A stretch of DNA of 64,000 nt from Chromatiales bacterium (GTDB lineage Bacteria > Pseudomonadota > Gammaproteobacteria > Steroidobacterales > GCA-2729495), in contig CP070671.1 of assembly GCA_020351875.1 (NCBI GenBank), positions 1,995,722-2,059,721 of the forward strand, in the 5' to 3' direction. Positions 40,493 through 50,133 of this stretch are shown here, in pieces (within the stretch, counting starts at the first letter, position 1; each line of letters begins with the position of its first letter). Below the pieces are notes generated by a model that was not told the origin of the DNA, did not search any database, and worked only from the letters and a program-made list of their open reading frames with translations. A program made the translations under genes and the position numbers.

Positions 40493-41131
40493 ATGATTAA
40501 TTTGTCTAATGACGCGATGCTGGTAGCCGATGAACTGACGCTGTGGCGCGGTGAGCTTTGCCTGTTCGATGGCCTGAGCGTGGCCGTGGAGCCCGGGCAG
40601 GCGCTGATGGTGCGTGGCCCGAACGGGGCGGGCAAGACCACGCTGCTGCGCGTGCTGTGCGGCCTCACGCGTCCGGAAGCGGGGCAAGTCCACTGGTGCG
40701 GCGAGCCGGTGGAGACCAGCGGCGAGCAGTTCGGCCGCGCCCTGGCCTATTGCGGCCACCAGACCGGACTGAAGGCTGACCTGAGCCTCGCGGGCAACCT
40801 GGCCTTTGCCGCGCGACTGGCAGGGCTCCACGGCGAGCCCTGGCGCGACATCATGGCCCAGCTGGGCCTCGCCAGCCGGGCCGACCTGCTCGTCCGCCAC
40901 CTGTCCGCGGGCCAGCAGCGGCGCGGGGCGCTGGTGCGGGCACTCATGGTGCCGGCGCAGCTGTGGGTCTTCGACGAACCATTCACGAACCTCGATGCAG
41001 CCGGCCGCGACTGGCTGGAAGCCCGGCTGGACGCCCACCTGGACCGTGGCGGGATGGCGATCATCGCGGCGCATCATGAACTGCGGCCCCGCCCGGGCCT
41101 GCGGACGCTGGAACTGGCGGAGGCCCGGTAA
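40493..41131 (+). CDS. ccmA: haem exporter ATP-binding protein
   Basis: Walker A GPNGAGKTT and ABC signature LSAGQQRR. First gene of the ccm operon. An alternative ATG lies at 40517. Confidence 0.9.
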   Translation: MINLSNDAMLVADELTLWRGELCLFDGLSVAVEPGQALMVRGPNGAGKTTLLRVLCGLTRPEAGQVHWCGEPVETSGEQFGRALAYCGHQTGLKADLSLAGNLAFAARLAGLHGEPWRDIMAQLGLASRADLLVRHLSAGQQRRGALVRALMVPAQLWVFDEPFTNLDAAGRDWLEARLDAHLDRGGMAIIAAHHELRPRPGLRTLELAEAR

Positions 41132-41133
41132 CC

Positions 41134-41802
41134 ATGGTCACGGTGGTTTCTGCCATCCTGCGGCGCGACCTGGAGCTCGGCTTCCGGCGTTGGGGCGACG
41201 TGGCCAGCCCGCTGATGTTCTTTGCGATCGTCACGGCGTTGTTCCCACTGGCCCTGTCGCCGGCCCGTGAAGTGTTGCAGGGGCTCGGCCCGGGGGTGCT
41301 GTGGATCGCTGCGCTGCTGGCCATGTTGCTGTCCCTGAACGCGCTGTTCCGGCAGGACCTGGAGGACGGCAGCATGGAACAGCTGGTCGTGGGCCCGCAC
41401 CCGTTGCCACTGATCATGCTGGCCAAAGCGCTGGCCCACTGGTTGCTGAGCGGTTTGCCGCTGGTCCTGCTGGCGCCGCTTCTGGCAGTCACCTACCATT
41501 TGCCGGCCGAGGGTGTGCGGGCCCTGTGTGTGACCTTGCTCCTTGGGACGCCGACCCTGAGCCTGCTAGGTTCAGTCGGCGCCGCGCTCACGGCTGGCGT
41601 GCGGCAGTCGGGTGGCTTGCTGGCCCTGCTGATACTGCCGCTGTGCCTGCCGGTGCTGATGTTCGGTAGCCGCGCTACCGCGCTGGCCGCCGAGGGTGAG
41701 GTCGTGACCGGGCCGCTGTACCTGCTCGGCGCACTGCTGGCTTTGGCCGTGACCCTCGTGCCCGCCACGTCGAGCGCCGCCATTCGAATCAGCCTGGATT
41801 GA
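41134..41802 (+). CDS. ccmB: haem exporter permease
   Basis: 222-aa polytopic membrane protein directly after ccmA, CcmB-like throughout. Confidence 0.9.
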   Translation: MVTVVSAILRRDLELGFRRWGDVASPLMFFAIVTALFPLALSPAREVLQGLGPGVLWIAALLAMLLSLNALFRQDLEDGSMEQLVVGPHPLPLIMLAKALAHWLLSGLPLVLLAPLLAVTYHLPAEGVRALCVTLLLGTPTLSLLGSVGAALTAGVRQSGGLLALLILPLCLPVLMFGSRATALAAEGEVVTGPLYLLGALLALAVTLVPATSSAAIRISLD

Positions 41803-41823
41803 GTCCGAGAGAGTCGACACGCG

Positions 41824-42579
41824 ATGAAACTGCCCACCTGGTTCCACAAGCTCGGCTCGCCGCCGCATTTCTATCGGCTGGCGACGTTGCTGACACCGTG
41901 GTTTTACGTGCCGGCCGTCTTGCTGTTGCTGGCGGGTACCTACGGCGGGCTCGTGCTGGCGCCGGCCGACTATCAGCAGGGCGATGGTTTTCGCATCATT
42001 TACGTGCACGTGCCGAGCGCCTACCTGTCGACCATGGTCTATGGCGTGATGGCCGTCGCGTCCGCCATCGGCCTGATCTGGCGCATGAAGCTGGCCCACT
42101 CCGTGGCAGCCGCAGCCGCGCCGATCGGGGCGTGGTTCACTTTTCTCGCGCTCGTCACCGGCGCCATCTGGGGCAAGCCCATGTGGGGCACTTACTGGGA
42201 GTGGGACCCGCGGCTGACCTCCGAGCTGATCCTGCTGTTCATCTATCTCGGCTACATCAGCCTGCGCGGCGCCTTCGACGACCGCGACAAGGCCGACCGC
42301 GCCTGCGCAGTGCTGGCACTGGTCGGTGTGGTGAATCTGCCGATCATTCACTATTCGGTGATCTGGTGGAGCAGCATCCACCAGGGCCCAACCATCAAGA
42401 AGCTGGATGCACCCTCTATCACCGGCGACATGCTGTGGCCCCTGCTGGTGATGATCCTGGCCTACACGCTGATTTTCGCCGCCCTGTTGCTGCAGCGCGT
42501 CCGGGCGGAAGTGCTGGACCGGGAGCGGAATGCGCGCTGGGTCTTGGATATCATGGGCGCACCGGCACAGGGAAACTGA
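41824..42579 (+). CDS. ccmC: haem exporter / haem lyase-associated protein
   Basis: WWD motif WGKPMWGTYWEWDPRL. Confidence 0.92.
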   Translation: MKLPTWFHKLGSPPHFYRLATLLTPWFYVPAVLLLLAGTYGGLVLAPADYQQGDGFRIIYVHVPSAYLSTMVYGVMAVASAIGLIWRMKLAHSVAAAAAPIGAWFTFLALVTGAIWGKPMWGTYWEWDPRLTSELILLFIYLGYISLRGAFDDRDKADRACAVLALVGVVNLPIIHYSVIWWSSIHQGPTIKKLDAPSITGDMLWPLLVMILAYTLIFAALLLQRVRAEVLDRERNARWVLDIMGAPAQGN

Positions 42580-42582
42580 CCG

Positions 42583-42750
42583 GTGAGTGATTTTCTCGCG
42601 ATGGGCGGCTACGCCGAATACGTCTGGAGTACCTTCGGGCTCACGGCGGTCGTCCTGGTTATCAATATGGTCGGTGCCCGGCGCCGGCTGCGAAATTCGC
42701 TGCGCGAAGCCGGCTTGCGGGCCGCGCGGCAAAGGAGACAGGCGTCATGA
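42583..42750 (+). CDS. ccmD: haem exporter subunit CcmD (55 aa; absent from the ORF track)
   Basis: Hand translation from the GTG at 42583 gives VSDFLAMGGYAEYVWSTFGLTAVVLVINMVGARRRLRNSLREAGLRAARQRRQAS. FLAMGGYAxYVW is the CcmD signature. The stop overlaps the ccmE ATG (ATGA). An alternative ATG lies at 42601. Confidence 0.85.
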   Translation: MSDFLAMGGYAEYVWSTFGLTAVVLVINMVGARRRLRNSLREAGLRAARQRRQAS

Positions 42751-43202
42751 AACCCAGGAAACAACGGATGGCAATAGTTGCAGTCATCCTGGTGGGCGTA
42801 GCCATCGCAGTGGGGCTGACGCTGCAGGCCTTCGAAGAGGGTGTGAGCTTTTTCTACAGTCCGAGCGAGTTGCTCGCCGGTGACGCGCCGCAAGGCCGCA
42901 AGGTGCGCATGGGCGGGCTGGTGCTCGAAGGCAGCGTGGTTCGCGAACCGGGCTCCATGGAAGTGATCTTCGACGTCACCGACATGGAAAACACCGTGCA
43001 GGTCAGCTACACGGGTGTGTTGCCCGACCTGTTCCGCGACGGGCAGGGGGTTGTAGCGCACGGCGTGATGCAGCCCGACGGGCAATTCGTTGCCGAAAAG
43101 ATCCTGGCCAAGCACGACGAGAACTACATGTCCCCGGAAGTGGCCGACATGCTCGCCGAAAAGGGTCACCCGCAAGGCGCGCCGGACGTCGCCGCCAACT
43201 GA
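42747..43202 (+). CDS. ccmE: cytochrome c maturation haem chaperone
   Basis: N-terminal anchor, OB fold and the haem-binding HxxxY motif (AKHDENY). Confidence 0.93.
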   Translation: MKPRKQRMAIVAVILVGVAIAVGLTLQAFEEGVSFFYSPSELLAGDAPQGRKVRMGGLVLEGSVVREPGSMEVIFDVTDMENTVQVSYTGVLPDLFRDGQGVVAHGVMQPDGQFVAEKILAKHDENYMSPEVADMLAEKGHPQGAPDVAAN

Positions 43203-43209
43203 GTCGAGC

Positions 43210-45171
43210 ATGATCCCCGAACTCGGACAGCTCTGCCTGGCGCTGGCCTTCTGTCTGGCCGCGATCCAGGGCGTACTCCCGCTGGTCGGTGCCGGCAGCC
43301 AGCGCTACCGGGCCTGGACTCGCGTCGCAACGCCGGCCGCTGCCGGCCACTTTGTCTTTGTCGCCATCGCGTTCGGGCTGCTCACGTGGTCGTTCCTCGC
43401 GAACGACTTCTCGGTGCTGTACGTGGCCAGCAATTCCAACAGCCAGTTGCCCACGCTCTACCGCGTGGCCGCGGTGTGGGGCGGCCACGAAGGTTCACTG
43501 CTGCTGTGGGCGCTGGTGCTCGGCTGCTGGACGGTCGCAGTGCTGATTTCCAGCCGGTCACTGCCGGAAGCGATGGCCGCGCGCATCATCGGCGTGATGG
43601 GCGTCGTGAGCGCCGGCTTCCTGCTGTTCATCATGATTACATCCAACCCGTTTTTGCGGCTGGACCCGATCCCGCTGGACGGTAACGACCTGAACCCGCT
43701 GCTGCAGGATCCGGCCATGGCCCTGCACCCGCCGATGCTCTACATCGGCTACGTCGGCTTTTCGGTGGCCTTCGCGTTTGCGGTGGCCGCACTGCTGGCG
43801 GGCAAAGTCGACCGCGACTGGGCGCGCTGGGCCCGGCCGTGGACCACCGCGGCCTGGACCTTCCTGACCGTGGGCATTGCACTGGGCAGCTGGTGGGCCT
43901 ACTACGAGCTCGGCTGGGGCGGCTGGTGGTTCTGGGACCCGGTGGAAAACGCATCCTTCATGCCGTGGCTGGTGGGCACCGCCCTGATTCATTCGCTGGC
44001 CGTGACGGAAAAACGCGGCCTGTTCAAGGGCTCCACGCTGCTGCTGGCCATCGCGGCCTTTGGCCTGAGTTTGCTGGGCACCTTTCTCGTGCGCTCGGGC
44101 ATTCTCGTGTCGGTGCATTCCTTCGCCAGTGACCCGACCCGTGGATTGTTTATTCTCGCGTTTCTGGCGCTGGTGGTCGGTGGCGCGCTGACTTTGTACG
44201 CCGTCCGGGCGGGTACCCTCGACCGCGAAGTCGGCTTTGCGCCGCTGTCGCGCGAGACTTTCCTGCTGATCAACAACATCCTGCTCAGCATCGCGGCCGG
44301 GCTGGTGCTGTTTGGCACCATCGCGCCGCTGGTGCTCGAGGGTTTTAACCTCGGCAAGATTTCGGTGGGCCCACCGTATTTCGAAATCGCATTCCTGTTC
44401 CCGACCTTGCCGCTGGTCCTCGCCGTCGGTGTCGGCATGCACACGGCCTGGCGTTCGGCCGATGGCAGCGCGCTGGCGCGTCGCCTGCGCTGGCCCGCGC
44501 TGATCGCCGTGGTCGGCGGCATCGCGCTGCCATGGCTGGTCTACGGCAGCCAGAGTGTGCTGACGGCGGTCGGCGTTGCGGCCGGGCTGTGGCTCGTCGG
44601 CAGCGCAGTCCTGGATCCCGTCGCGAAGCTGCTCGGGCGCGGGCCGCGACTAACCCGCGGCGTGATTGGCATGCAGCTGGCCCATTTCGGCCTCGGGCTG
44701 TTCGTGCTGGGTGTCACCGTGGTGTCCACCTACACGGTGGAAACCGACCAGCGGCTCGCGCTGGGTGAAACGATCGAGGTGTCGGACTTCCAGGTGACCT
44801 TCCGCGATCTGCAGGCCGTCGAGGGCCCCAACTACCAGGCCGTGCGCGCCGAAATGCACCTGCGCCGCGGGGAGCGTTCGGTTGCGCTGCTGTTTCCCGA
44901 AAAACGGATTTACCGCGTGCAAACTTCGCCGATGACCGAGGCCGCCATTGACGGTCGCTGGCACCGCGACGTGTTCATTGCACTGGGCGACGATTTGGGG
45001 GCCGGGGCTTGGAGCGTGCGCATCCAGTACAAGCCCCTGATCCGTTTCATCTGGCTCGGCTGCCTGTTGATGGCCTTCGGCGGGCTGGTCGCAATCTCCG
45101 ATCCACGTTATCGCCGGGCGCGCCAGCAGGCGGCCGCCGCCGATGACACCGCGCAAGCCAGCGCGAGCTGA
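43210..45171 (+). CDS. ccmF: cytochrome c haem lyase subunit
   Basis: Start trimmed to the ATG at 43210 (MIPELGQLCLALAF). WWD motif GWGGWWFWDPVENASFMPW. Confidence 0.93.
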   Translation: MIPELGQLCLALAFCLAAIQGVLPLVGAGSQRYRAWTRVATPAAAGHFVFVAIAFGLLTWSFLANDFSVLYVASNSNSQLPTLYRVAAVWGGHEGSLLLWALVLGCWTVAVLISSRSLPEAMAARIIGVMGVVSAGFLLFIMITSNPFLRLDPIPLDGNDLNPLLQDPAMALHPPMLYIGYVGFSVAFAFAVAALLAGKVDRDWARWARPWTTAAWTFLTVGIALGSWWAYYELGWGGWWFWDPVENASFMPWLVGTALIHSLAVTEKRGLFKGSTLLLAIAAFGLSLLGTFLVRSGILVSVHSFASDPTRGLFILAFLALVVGGALTLYAVRAGTLDREVGFAPLSRETFLLINNILLSIAAGLVLFGTIAPLVLEGFNLGKISVGPPYFEIAFLFPTLPLVLAVGVGMHTAWRSADGSALARRLRWPALIAVVGGIALPWLVYGSQSVLTAVGVAAGLWLVGSAVLDPVAKLLGRGPRLTRGVIGMQLAHFGLGLFVLGVTVVSTYTVETDQRLALGETIEVSDFQVTFRDLQAVEGPNYQAVRAEMHLRRGERSVALLFPEKRIYRVQTSPMTEAAIDGRWHRDVFIALGDDLGAGAWSVRIQYKPLIRFIWLGCLLMAFGGLVAISDPRYRRARQQAAAADDTAQASAS

Positions 45172-45177
45172 CCCATC

Positions 45178-45711
45178 ATGATTCGCTACGCTGCGCCGAT
45201 CGTCATCTTCGGCCTGATGGTGGTGGTCTTCTGGCTGGGCCTCGGCCGCGACCCGTCCGTCGTGCCGTCGCCGCTGGTTGGCAAACCGGCGCCGGCCTTC
45301 ACGCTGCCGCGCCTCGACGCACCCGACCAGCAACTCGCCGCCAGCGACCTGCGCGGCAAAGTGTGGTTGCTGAACGTGTGGGCGACGTGGTGCGTTGGCT
45401 GCCGCCAGGAACACGACGCGTTGCTCGCGATTGCCGCGTCGGGTGAAGTGCCCATTTACGGCCTGAACTGGAAAGACGACTCGTTGCAGGCACGCGCGTG
45501 GCTGGAGCAGCTCGGTAATCCCTACGTCGCGACCGGTGTCGATGCCGATGGCCGGGTGGCGATCGACTGGGGCGTGTACGGCGCACCGGAAACCTTCCTG
45601 ATCGGTCCGGACGGGACCGTCCTGCACAAACACATTGCGCCGATCACGTGGGACATCTTTGCCAGGGACTTCCTGCCGCTGATTACTGTCGCCCGGGGCA
45701 CGGGCTCATGA
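45178..45711 (+). CDS. ccmG: thiol:disulfide interchange protein DsbE/CcmG
   Basis: Thioredoxin fold with WATWCVGC and the GVYGAPETF motif. Confidence 0.92.
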   Translation: MIRYAAPIVIFGLMVVVFWLGLGRDPSVVPSPLVGKPAPAFTLPRLDAPDQQLAASDLRGKVWLLNVWATWCVGCRQEHDALLAIAASGEVPIYGLNWKDDSLQARAWLEQLGNPYVATGVDADGRVAIDWGVYGAPETFLIGPDGTVLHKHIAPITWDIFARDFLPLITVARGTGS

Positions 45712-46139
45712 GGCATTGGCTCACCTTGTTGCTGGTGGGACTGTGGCTGGCTGCGCCCGCATTGGCCATCGAGGCGGAGTTGCCGATCGCCGACCCCGAA
45801 CAGCGCGAACTCTACGACCGGCTCACGAACGAGACGCGCTGTCTCGTCTGCCAGAATCAGACCATTGCCGATTCCAACGCGGCCCTGGCCGTGGACCTGC
45901 GGCGGGAAATTCGCGGCATGGTGGAAGCCGGCCAGGCGGAAGACGAAATCAAGACCTTTCTGACCGACCGTTACGGCGAATTCGTGCTGTACCGGCCACG
46001 CTGGTCTGCTGCCACCGCCGTGTTGTGGCTCGCACCCGCGGTGCTGGTGCTGCTGGGCGCGCTCTGGCTGTGGCGCATCGTGCAGAGGCGCGCAGCGCTG
46101 CCGGTCACCAGCGAAGAACAGGACGCCCTGGATGCCTGA
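45708..46139 (+). CDS. ccmH: cytochrome c maturation protein CcmH
   Basis: The ATG at 45708 overlaps the ccmG stop (ATGA). LRCxxC motif TRCLVCQNQTIADSNA. Confidence 0.9.
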   Translation: MRHWLTLLLVGLWLAAPALAIEAELPIADPEQRELYDRLTNETRCLVCQNQTIADSNAALAVDLRREIRGMVEAGQAEDEIKTFLTDRYGEFVLYRPRWSAATAVLWLAPAVLVLLGALWLWRIVQRRAALPVTSEEQDALDA

Positions 46140-47154
46140 CGGACTGCCGGTCTTCCTGGTGATTTCCATCATCGCCGCGTTACTCGCCGCGGCGCTGGTT
46201 GCGATTCCGCTGTTGCGCCAGGGCGGCGCACCCGTGACGGCGTTCGTGCTGGCCCTTGGCATACCAGCCGGCGCGGTGTTCCTGTACCTGGCGGGCAGCA
46301 ACTATGGCTGGACGCCGGCGACCACGCAAACGGCAGCGCAGGGGGGCATTCCGGATCTCAATGCCGCGCTCGCGCAACTCGAGGCCCGGCTGCAGGCCCA
46401 GCCCGATGATCGCGACGGCTGGCTATTGCTCGGCAACACCTACCTGCAGATGCAGCGGCCGGCTGATGCCGAAACCGCCTTTGGCCAGGCACTGGCCCTC
46501 AGCGGCGGCGAGGATCCCACAGCGAAACTGGGCGTTGCTGAAGCCCTGGTGCTGCAGGATCGGAACGCGCTGACCGGGCAGGCCGGTACGATGATCGAAG
46601 AAGTCCTGGCCACAGAACCGGACAATGCGAAGGCCCTGTGGTACGGCGGGTTGGCCGCGCTCGCGCGGGGCGACCGGCCGACGGTCCAGGCGCGCTGGGA
46701 ACGCATGCTGAACCAGGACATTCCGGACCCGGTCCGCCAGGCCGTGACCCAGCAAATGCAAAGCCTGGGTTTCGCCGCCGACACGGCCACCGCGGCGGCG
46801 CCTGCACAGACGGCCATCGACGTGCGCGTGTCAGTGAGTGATGCGCTGGAGGCGCAGCTCGCCCCGGACGCGATGCTGTTTCTCGTCGCGCGCGATGCGA
46901 ATGCGGCGGGCGGACCGCCGGTAGCGGCCGTGCGCGAGCAGGCCGCCGGATTGCCGCGCATGCTGCGCATCAGTGACGCGAACGCGATGCTGGCCGGGCG
47001 CAACCTGTCGCAGTTGCAAAACGTGCGGCTGATTGCCCGGGTATCGAACGGTGGGGGCGCGATTGCGCAGCCCGGTGACGTTTTCGGGGAAGCGACCTGG
47101 GCGCCCGGCGAGGGTGCGGTGACGATTGTGATGGACCAGGTCGTCGAGCCCTGA
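46132..47154 (+). CDS. ccmI: c-type cytochrome biogenesis protein CcmI (TPR)
   Basis: Two N-terminal TM helices, then TPR repeats (GWLLLGNTYLQMQRPADAETAFGQAL). Last gene of the operon. Confidence 0.85.
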   Translation: MPDGLPVFLVISIIAALLAAALVAIPLLRQGGAPVTAFVLALGIPAGAVFLYLAGSNYGWTPATTQTAAQGGIPDLNAALAQLEARLQAQPDDRDGWLLLGNTYLQMQRPADAETAFGQALALSGGEDPTAKLGVAEALVLQDRNALTGQAGTMIEEVLATEPDNAKALWYGGLAALARGDRPTVQARWERMLNQDIPDPVRQAVTQQMQSLGFAADTATAAAPAQTAIDVRVSVSDALEAQLAPDAMLFLVARDANAAGGPPVAAVREQAAGLPRMLRISDANAMLAGRNLSQLQNVRLIARVSNGGGAIAQPGDVFGEATWAPGEGAVTIVMDQVVEP

Positions 47155-47187
47155 GGGCACGCCGGCCGGCGCGCCAATTGACCGTTT

Positions 47188-48345
47188 ATGCCGACTGCCG
47201 AACAAGCCCTGCTGAAAGACATCCGCGAACTGATTGCGCGGCCTTCCATCAGCAGCGTATCGCCCGACTGGGACCAGTCCAATGAACGGGTGATCGAATT
47301 CCTGGCCGAGCGCTTCTCCTCGCGGGGCTTTCGCGTGGACGTGCAGCCGCTGGATACACCCGGCAAGAGCAACCTTGTCGCGACGCTGGGTGCGGGGGAG
47401 GGCGGCCTGGTGCTGTCCGGGCATACCGACACCGTGCCCTGTGATCCGGGCCTGTGGCACAGCGACCCGTTCGAGGTGCAGGAGCGCGGGCAGAAGCTCT
47501 ACGGTCTCGGCACCGCCGACATGAAGTCATTTTTCGCGCTCGTGCTGGCGGCCACCGACGGCCTGCGGGCCGAACAGCTCAAACATCCGCTCGTCGTGCT
47601 CGCCACTGCAGACGAAGAGAGCAGCATGCGCGGCGCCCGGGCACTGGCACGGGCAGGTGCGCCCCTGGGGCGGCATGCGGTCATCGGCGAACCGACGAGC
47701 CTGCGGCCGGTGCGCTTGCACAAGGGCATCCTGATGGAGCGCATTCGCGTGATTGGCCGCTCCGGGCATTCCAGTAACCCTGCGCTGGGCAACAATGCAC
47801 TGGAGGGCATGCACGCCGTGATCGCGGCCCTGCTGACCTGGCGCAGCGACCTGGAAGGGCGCGCGCAGGATCCGGACTTCGAAGTGCCGGTCACCACGAT
47901 GAACCTCGGCCGGATCAGCGGTGGCGACAACCCGAATCGCATTTGTGGCCAGTGTGAGCTGGATGTCGATCTGCGCATGCTGCCGGGCATGCAGTGTGCG
48001 CCACTGCGTACAGAGTTGCGCGAACTGGTCGCGGAGGTGTTGCGCGGCATAGGTCTCGACAGCGCCTTCGACGCGCTGTTCGAGGGCGTCGACCCGATGA
48101 CGACGCCGGCCGTTGCCCCCATCGTGAAAGCGACCGAGGCCCTGACCGGTGCGCCAGCAGGCGCGGTGGCCTACGGCACGGAAGCGCCGTACCTCACGCA
48201 GCTCGGCATGGACGTCGTGGTGCTGGGGCCCGGCGCCATTGACCAGGCGCACCAGCCGGACGAGTACCTGGCGCTGGACGGGATCGAACCCGGCGTGGAG
48301 ATCCTGCGCGCGTTGATCCGCCAGTTTTGCCTGCAGGCCGATTGA
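47188..48345 (+). CDS. argE: acetylornithine deacetylase
   Basis: LSGHTDTVPCDPGLWHSDPF...KLYGLGTADMKSFFA...LATADEESSMRGAR parallels E. coli ArgE. Confidence 0.88.
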   Translation: MPTAEQALLKDIRELIARPSISSVSPDWDQSNERVIEFLAERFSSRGFRVDVQPLDTPGKSNLVATLGAGEGGLVLSGHTDTVPCDPGLWHSDPFEVQERGQKLYGLGTADMKSFFALVLAATDGLRAEQLKHPLVVLATADEESSMRGARALARAGAPLGRHAVIGEPTSLRPVRLHKGILMERIRVIGRSGHSSNPALGNNALEGMHAVIAALLTWRSDLEGRAQDPDFEVPVTTMNLGRISGGDNPNRICGQCELDVDLRMLPGMQCAPLRTELRELVAEVLRGIGLDSAFDALFEGVDPMTTPAVAPIVKATEALTGAPAGAVAYGTEAPYLTQLGMDVVVLGPGAIDQAHQPDEYLALDGIEPGVEILRALIRQFCLQAD

Positions 48346-48405
48346 CCAGCGCGAAGCCGCTAACATACGCCCGCGTGCCGCCGGCGGCGGCAAAAATCCA
48401 TTAAT

Positions 48406-50133
48406 GTGACTGCGTCGGTGGCCAACACCGCCGGCGCGGAGACTGTCGTGAACAAGCAAGACCAGCCCGTCGCGGTAAAGCTGCGCGGTCAGCAATTGAT
48501 TCATGAACCCTTGTTGAACAAGGGTGCGGCATTCAGCCGTGAAGAACGTGAAGCCTTTGGCCTCGACGGCATGATGCCCCACGGCATCCTGAGCATCGAG
48601 CAACAGGCGGAACGCGTTTACCGCAACCTGGCGAACTACAGCGACCCGTTGCAGAAATACGTATTCCTGGGTTCCCTGCAGGATCGCAACGAGACACTGT
48701 ACTTTCACCTGCTGGGTCAGCATCTGGAAGAACTGATGCCGATCATCTACACGCCAACTGTCGGCCTGGCCACTCGCCAGTACAGCCATGTCTTCCAGCG
48801 CGGCCGCGGCATCTGGGTCACGCCGGCCATGCGCGGGGCGATTGCGCCCGCCTTGCGTCGCTGGGCGGGCAGCCGCGACATCCGGCTCATCGTGGCGACG
48901 GACAACGAATCGATCCTGGGTATCGGCGACCAGGGGGCCGGCGGCATCGCGATTTCCATCGGCAAGCTCGCCCTCTACACAGCTGGCGCGGGTGTGGACC
49001 CGACCACCGTGCTCCCCGTGAGCCTGGATGTCGGCACGGACAACCAGGGCCTGCTGGCGGACCCGTTGTACCTCGGCTGGCGCGCGCGCCGACTACGCGG
49101 CGACGCCTACGTCGAATTGCTGGACGAGTTTGTCGATGCCGTCAACGAAGTGTTCCCAGGCGCACTCGTGCAGTGGGAAGATTTTCGCAAGGACAACGCG
49201 CTGCACATACTCGATAGCTACGTCGAGCGGGTGCCGTCATTCAATGATGACATCCAGGGCACCGGCGCGACCGCGCTGGCGGGTTTGCTGAGTGCAGAGC
49301 GGGTGCACGGCCGCCGGCTCTTAGACGAACGGGTTGTGATACTCGGTGCCGGCGCAGCGGGGCTGGGCATTGCCCGGCAGATTCGCGCCGCGATGATGGC
49401 AGAGGGCCTGTCGGAGGCGGACGCCACTCATCGTATCGCCGCGCTGGACAGTCGCGGGCTGCTGGTGGACGACGGTCGCTTGCGCGACGCCTACAAGCGG
49501 GAACTCGCTTGGGAACCGGCCATCACGGGAGAGCGGGGGCTGGCAGCCGGCAGCGACCTGCAGTGCGTCGTCACCGCCTTCGAGCCGACCGTGCTGATCG
49601 GCACGTCCGGGCAGCCCGGCGCGTTCTCGGAGGATGTGGTCCGGCAGGTCGCCAGTGCGGTGAGCCGCCCGGTCATCATGCCGATGTCGAACCCGACGGA
49701 TCAGTCCGAAGCCGTGCCGGGTGCAGTGCTCGACTGGACCGACGGCCAGGCCTTGATGGCGACCGGGAGCCCGTTCCCGGACGTGCATCGCAATGGGCGG
49801 CGTTTTCGCATCGGCCAGGGCAACAACGCGTTCATTTTTCCCGGCGTCGGGCTCGGCGTGCTGCTGGCCGGCGCCAGGCAGGTAACGGACCGGATGTTTT
49901 ACGCGGCTGCGCAGGCGCTGGCAGGCACCGTCAGTCAATCAGAACTCGATACCGGGCTGCTGTACCCGGCTGTGGATCGACTGCGTGCCGTGTCCGGTGT
50001 GGTGGCCGCTGCGGTCATGCAGGAAGCCGCGCGGGCCGGCCTGTGCGAGCCCATGGATGCCGATACGATCCAGGCGCGCGTCGCGTCCGGCACCTGGTCG
50101 CCGGTCTATCGCGCGTATCGCGCCGTCGACTGA
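48406..50133 (+). CDS. maeA: NAD-dependent malic enzyme
   Basis: 575 aa. LLNKGAAFSREEREAFGL, the FNDDIQGTGA signature and GAGAAGLGIA NAD fold. GTG start at 48406; the exact start is uncertain. Confidence 0.9.
   Translation: MTASVANTAGAETVVNKQDQPVAVKLRGQQLIHEPLLNKGAAFSREEREAFGLDGMMPHGILSIEQQAERVYRNLANYSDPLQKYVFLGSLQDRNETLYFHLLGQHLEELMPIIYTPTVGLATRQYSHVFQRGRGIWVTPAMRGAIAPALRRWAGSRDIRLIVATDNESILGIGDQGAGGIAISIGKLALYTAGAGVDPTTVLPVSLDVGTDNQGLLADPLYLGWRARRLRGDAYVELLDEFVDAVNEVFPGALVQWEDFRKDNALHILDSYVERVPSFNDDIQGTGATALAGLLSAERVHGRRLLDERVVILGAGAAGLGIARQIRAAMMAEGLSEADATHRIAALDSRGLLVDDGRLRDAYKRELAWEPAITGERGLAAGSDLQCVVTAFEPTVLIGTSGQPGAFSEDVVRQVASAVSRPVIMPMSNPTDQSEAVPGAVLDWTDGQALMATGSPFPDVHRNGRRFRIGQGNNAFIFPGVGLGVLLAGARQVTDRMFYAAAQALAGTVSQSELDTGLLYPAVDRLRAVSGVVAAAVMQEAARAGLCEPMDADTIQARVASGTWSPVYRAYRAVD

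Noticed and set aside
47527-48789. 420-aa minus-strand ORF across argE/maeA; similar cases at 55752..57584(+), 60848..62212(-), 50553..51980(+) and 19343..20785(-)
   Set aside because: All are antisense shadows of genes with strong family signatures (ArgE, malic enzyme, BNR/OMP, FadB-like, glucan phosphorylase, FumC).
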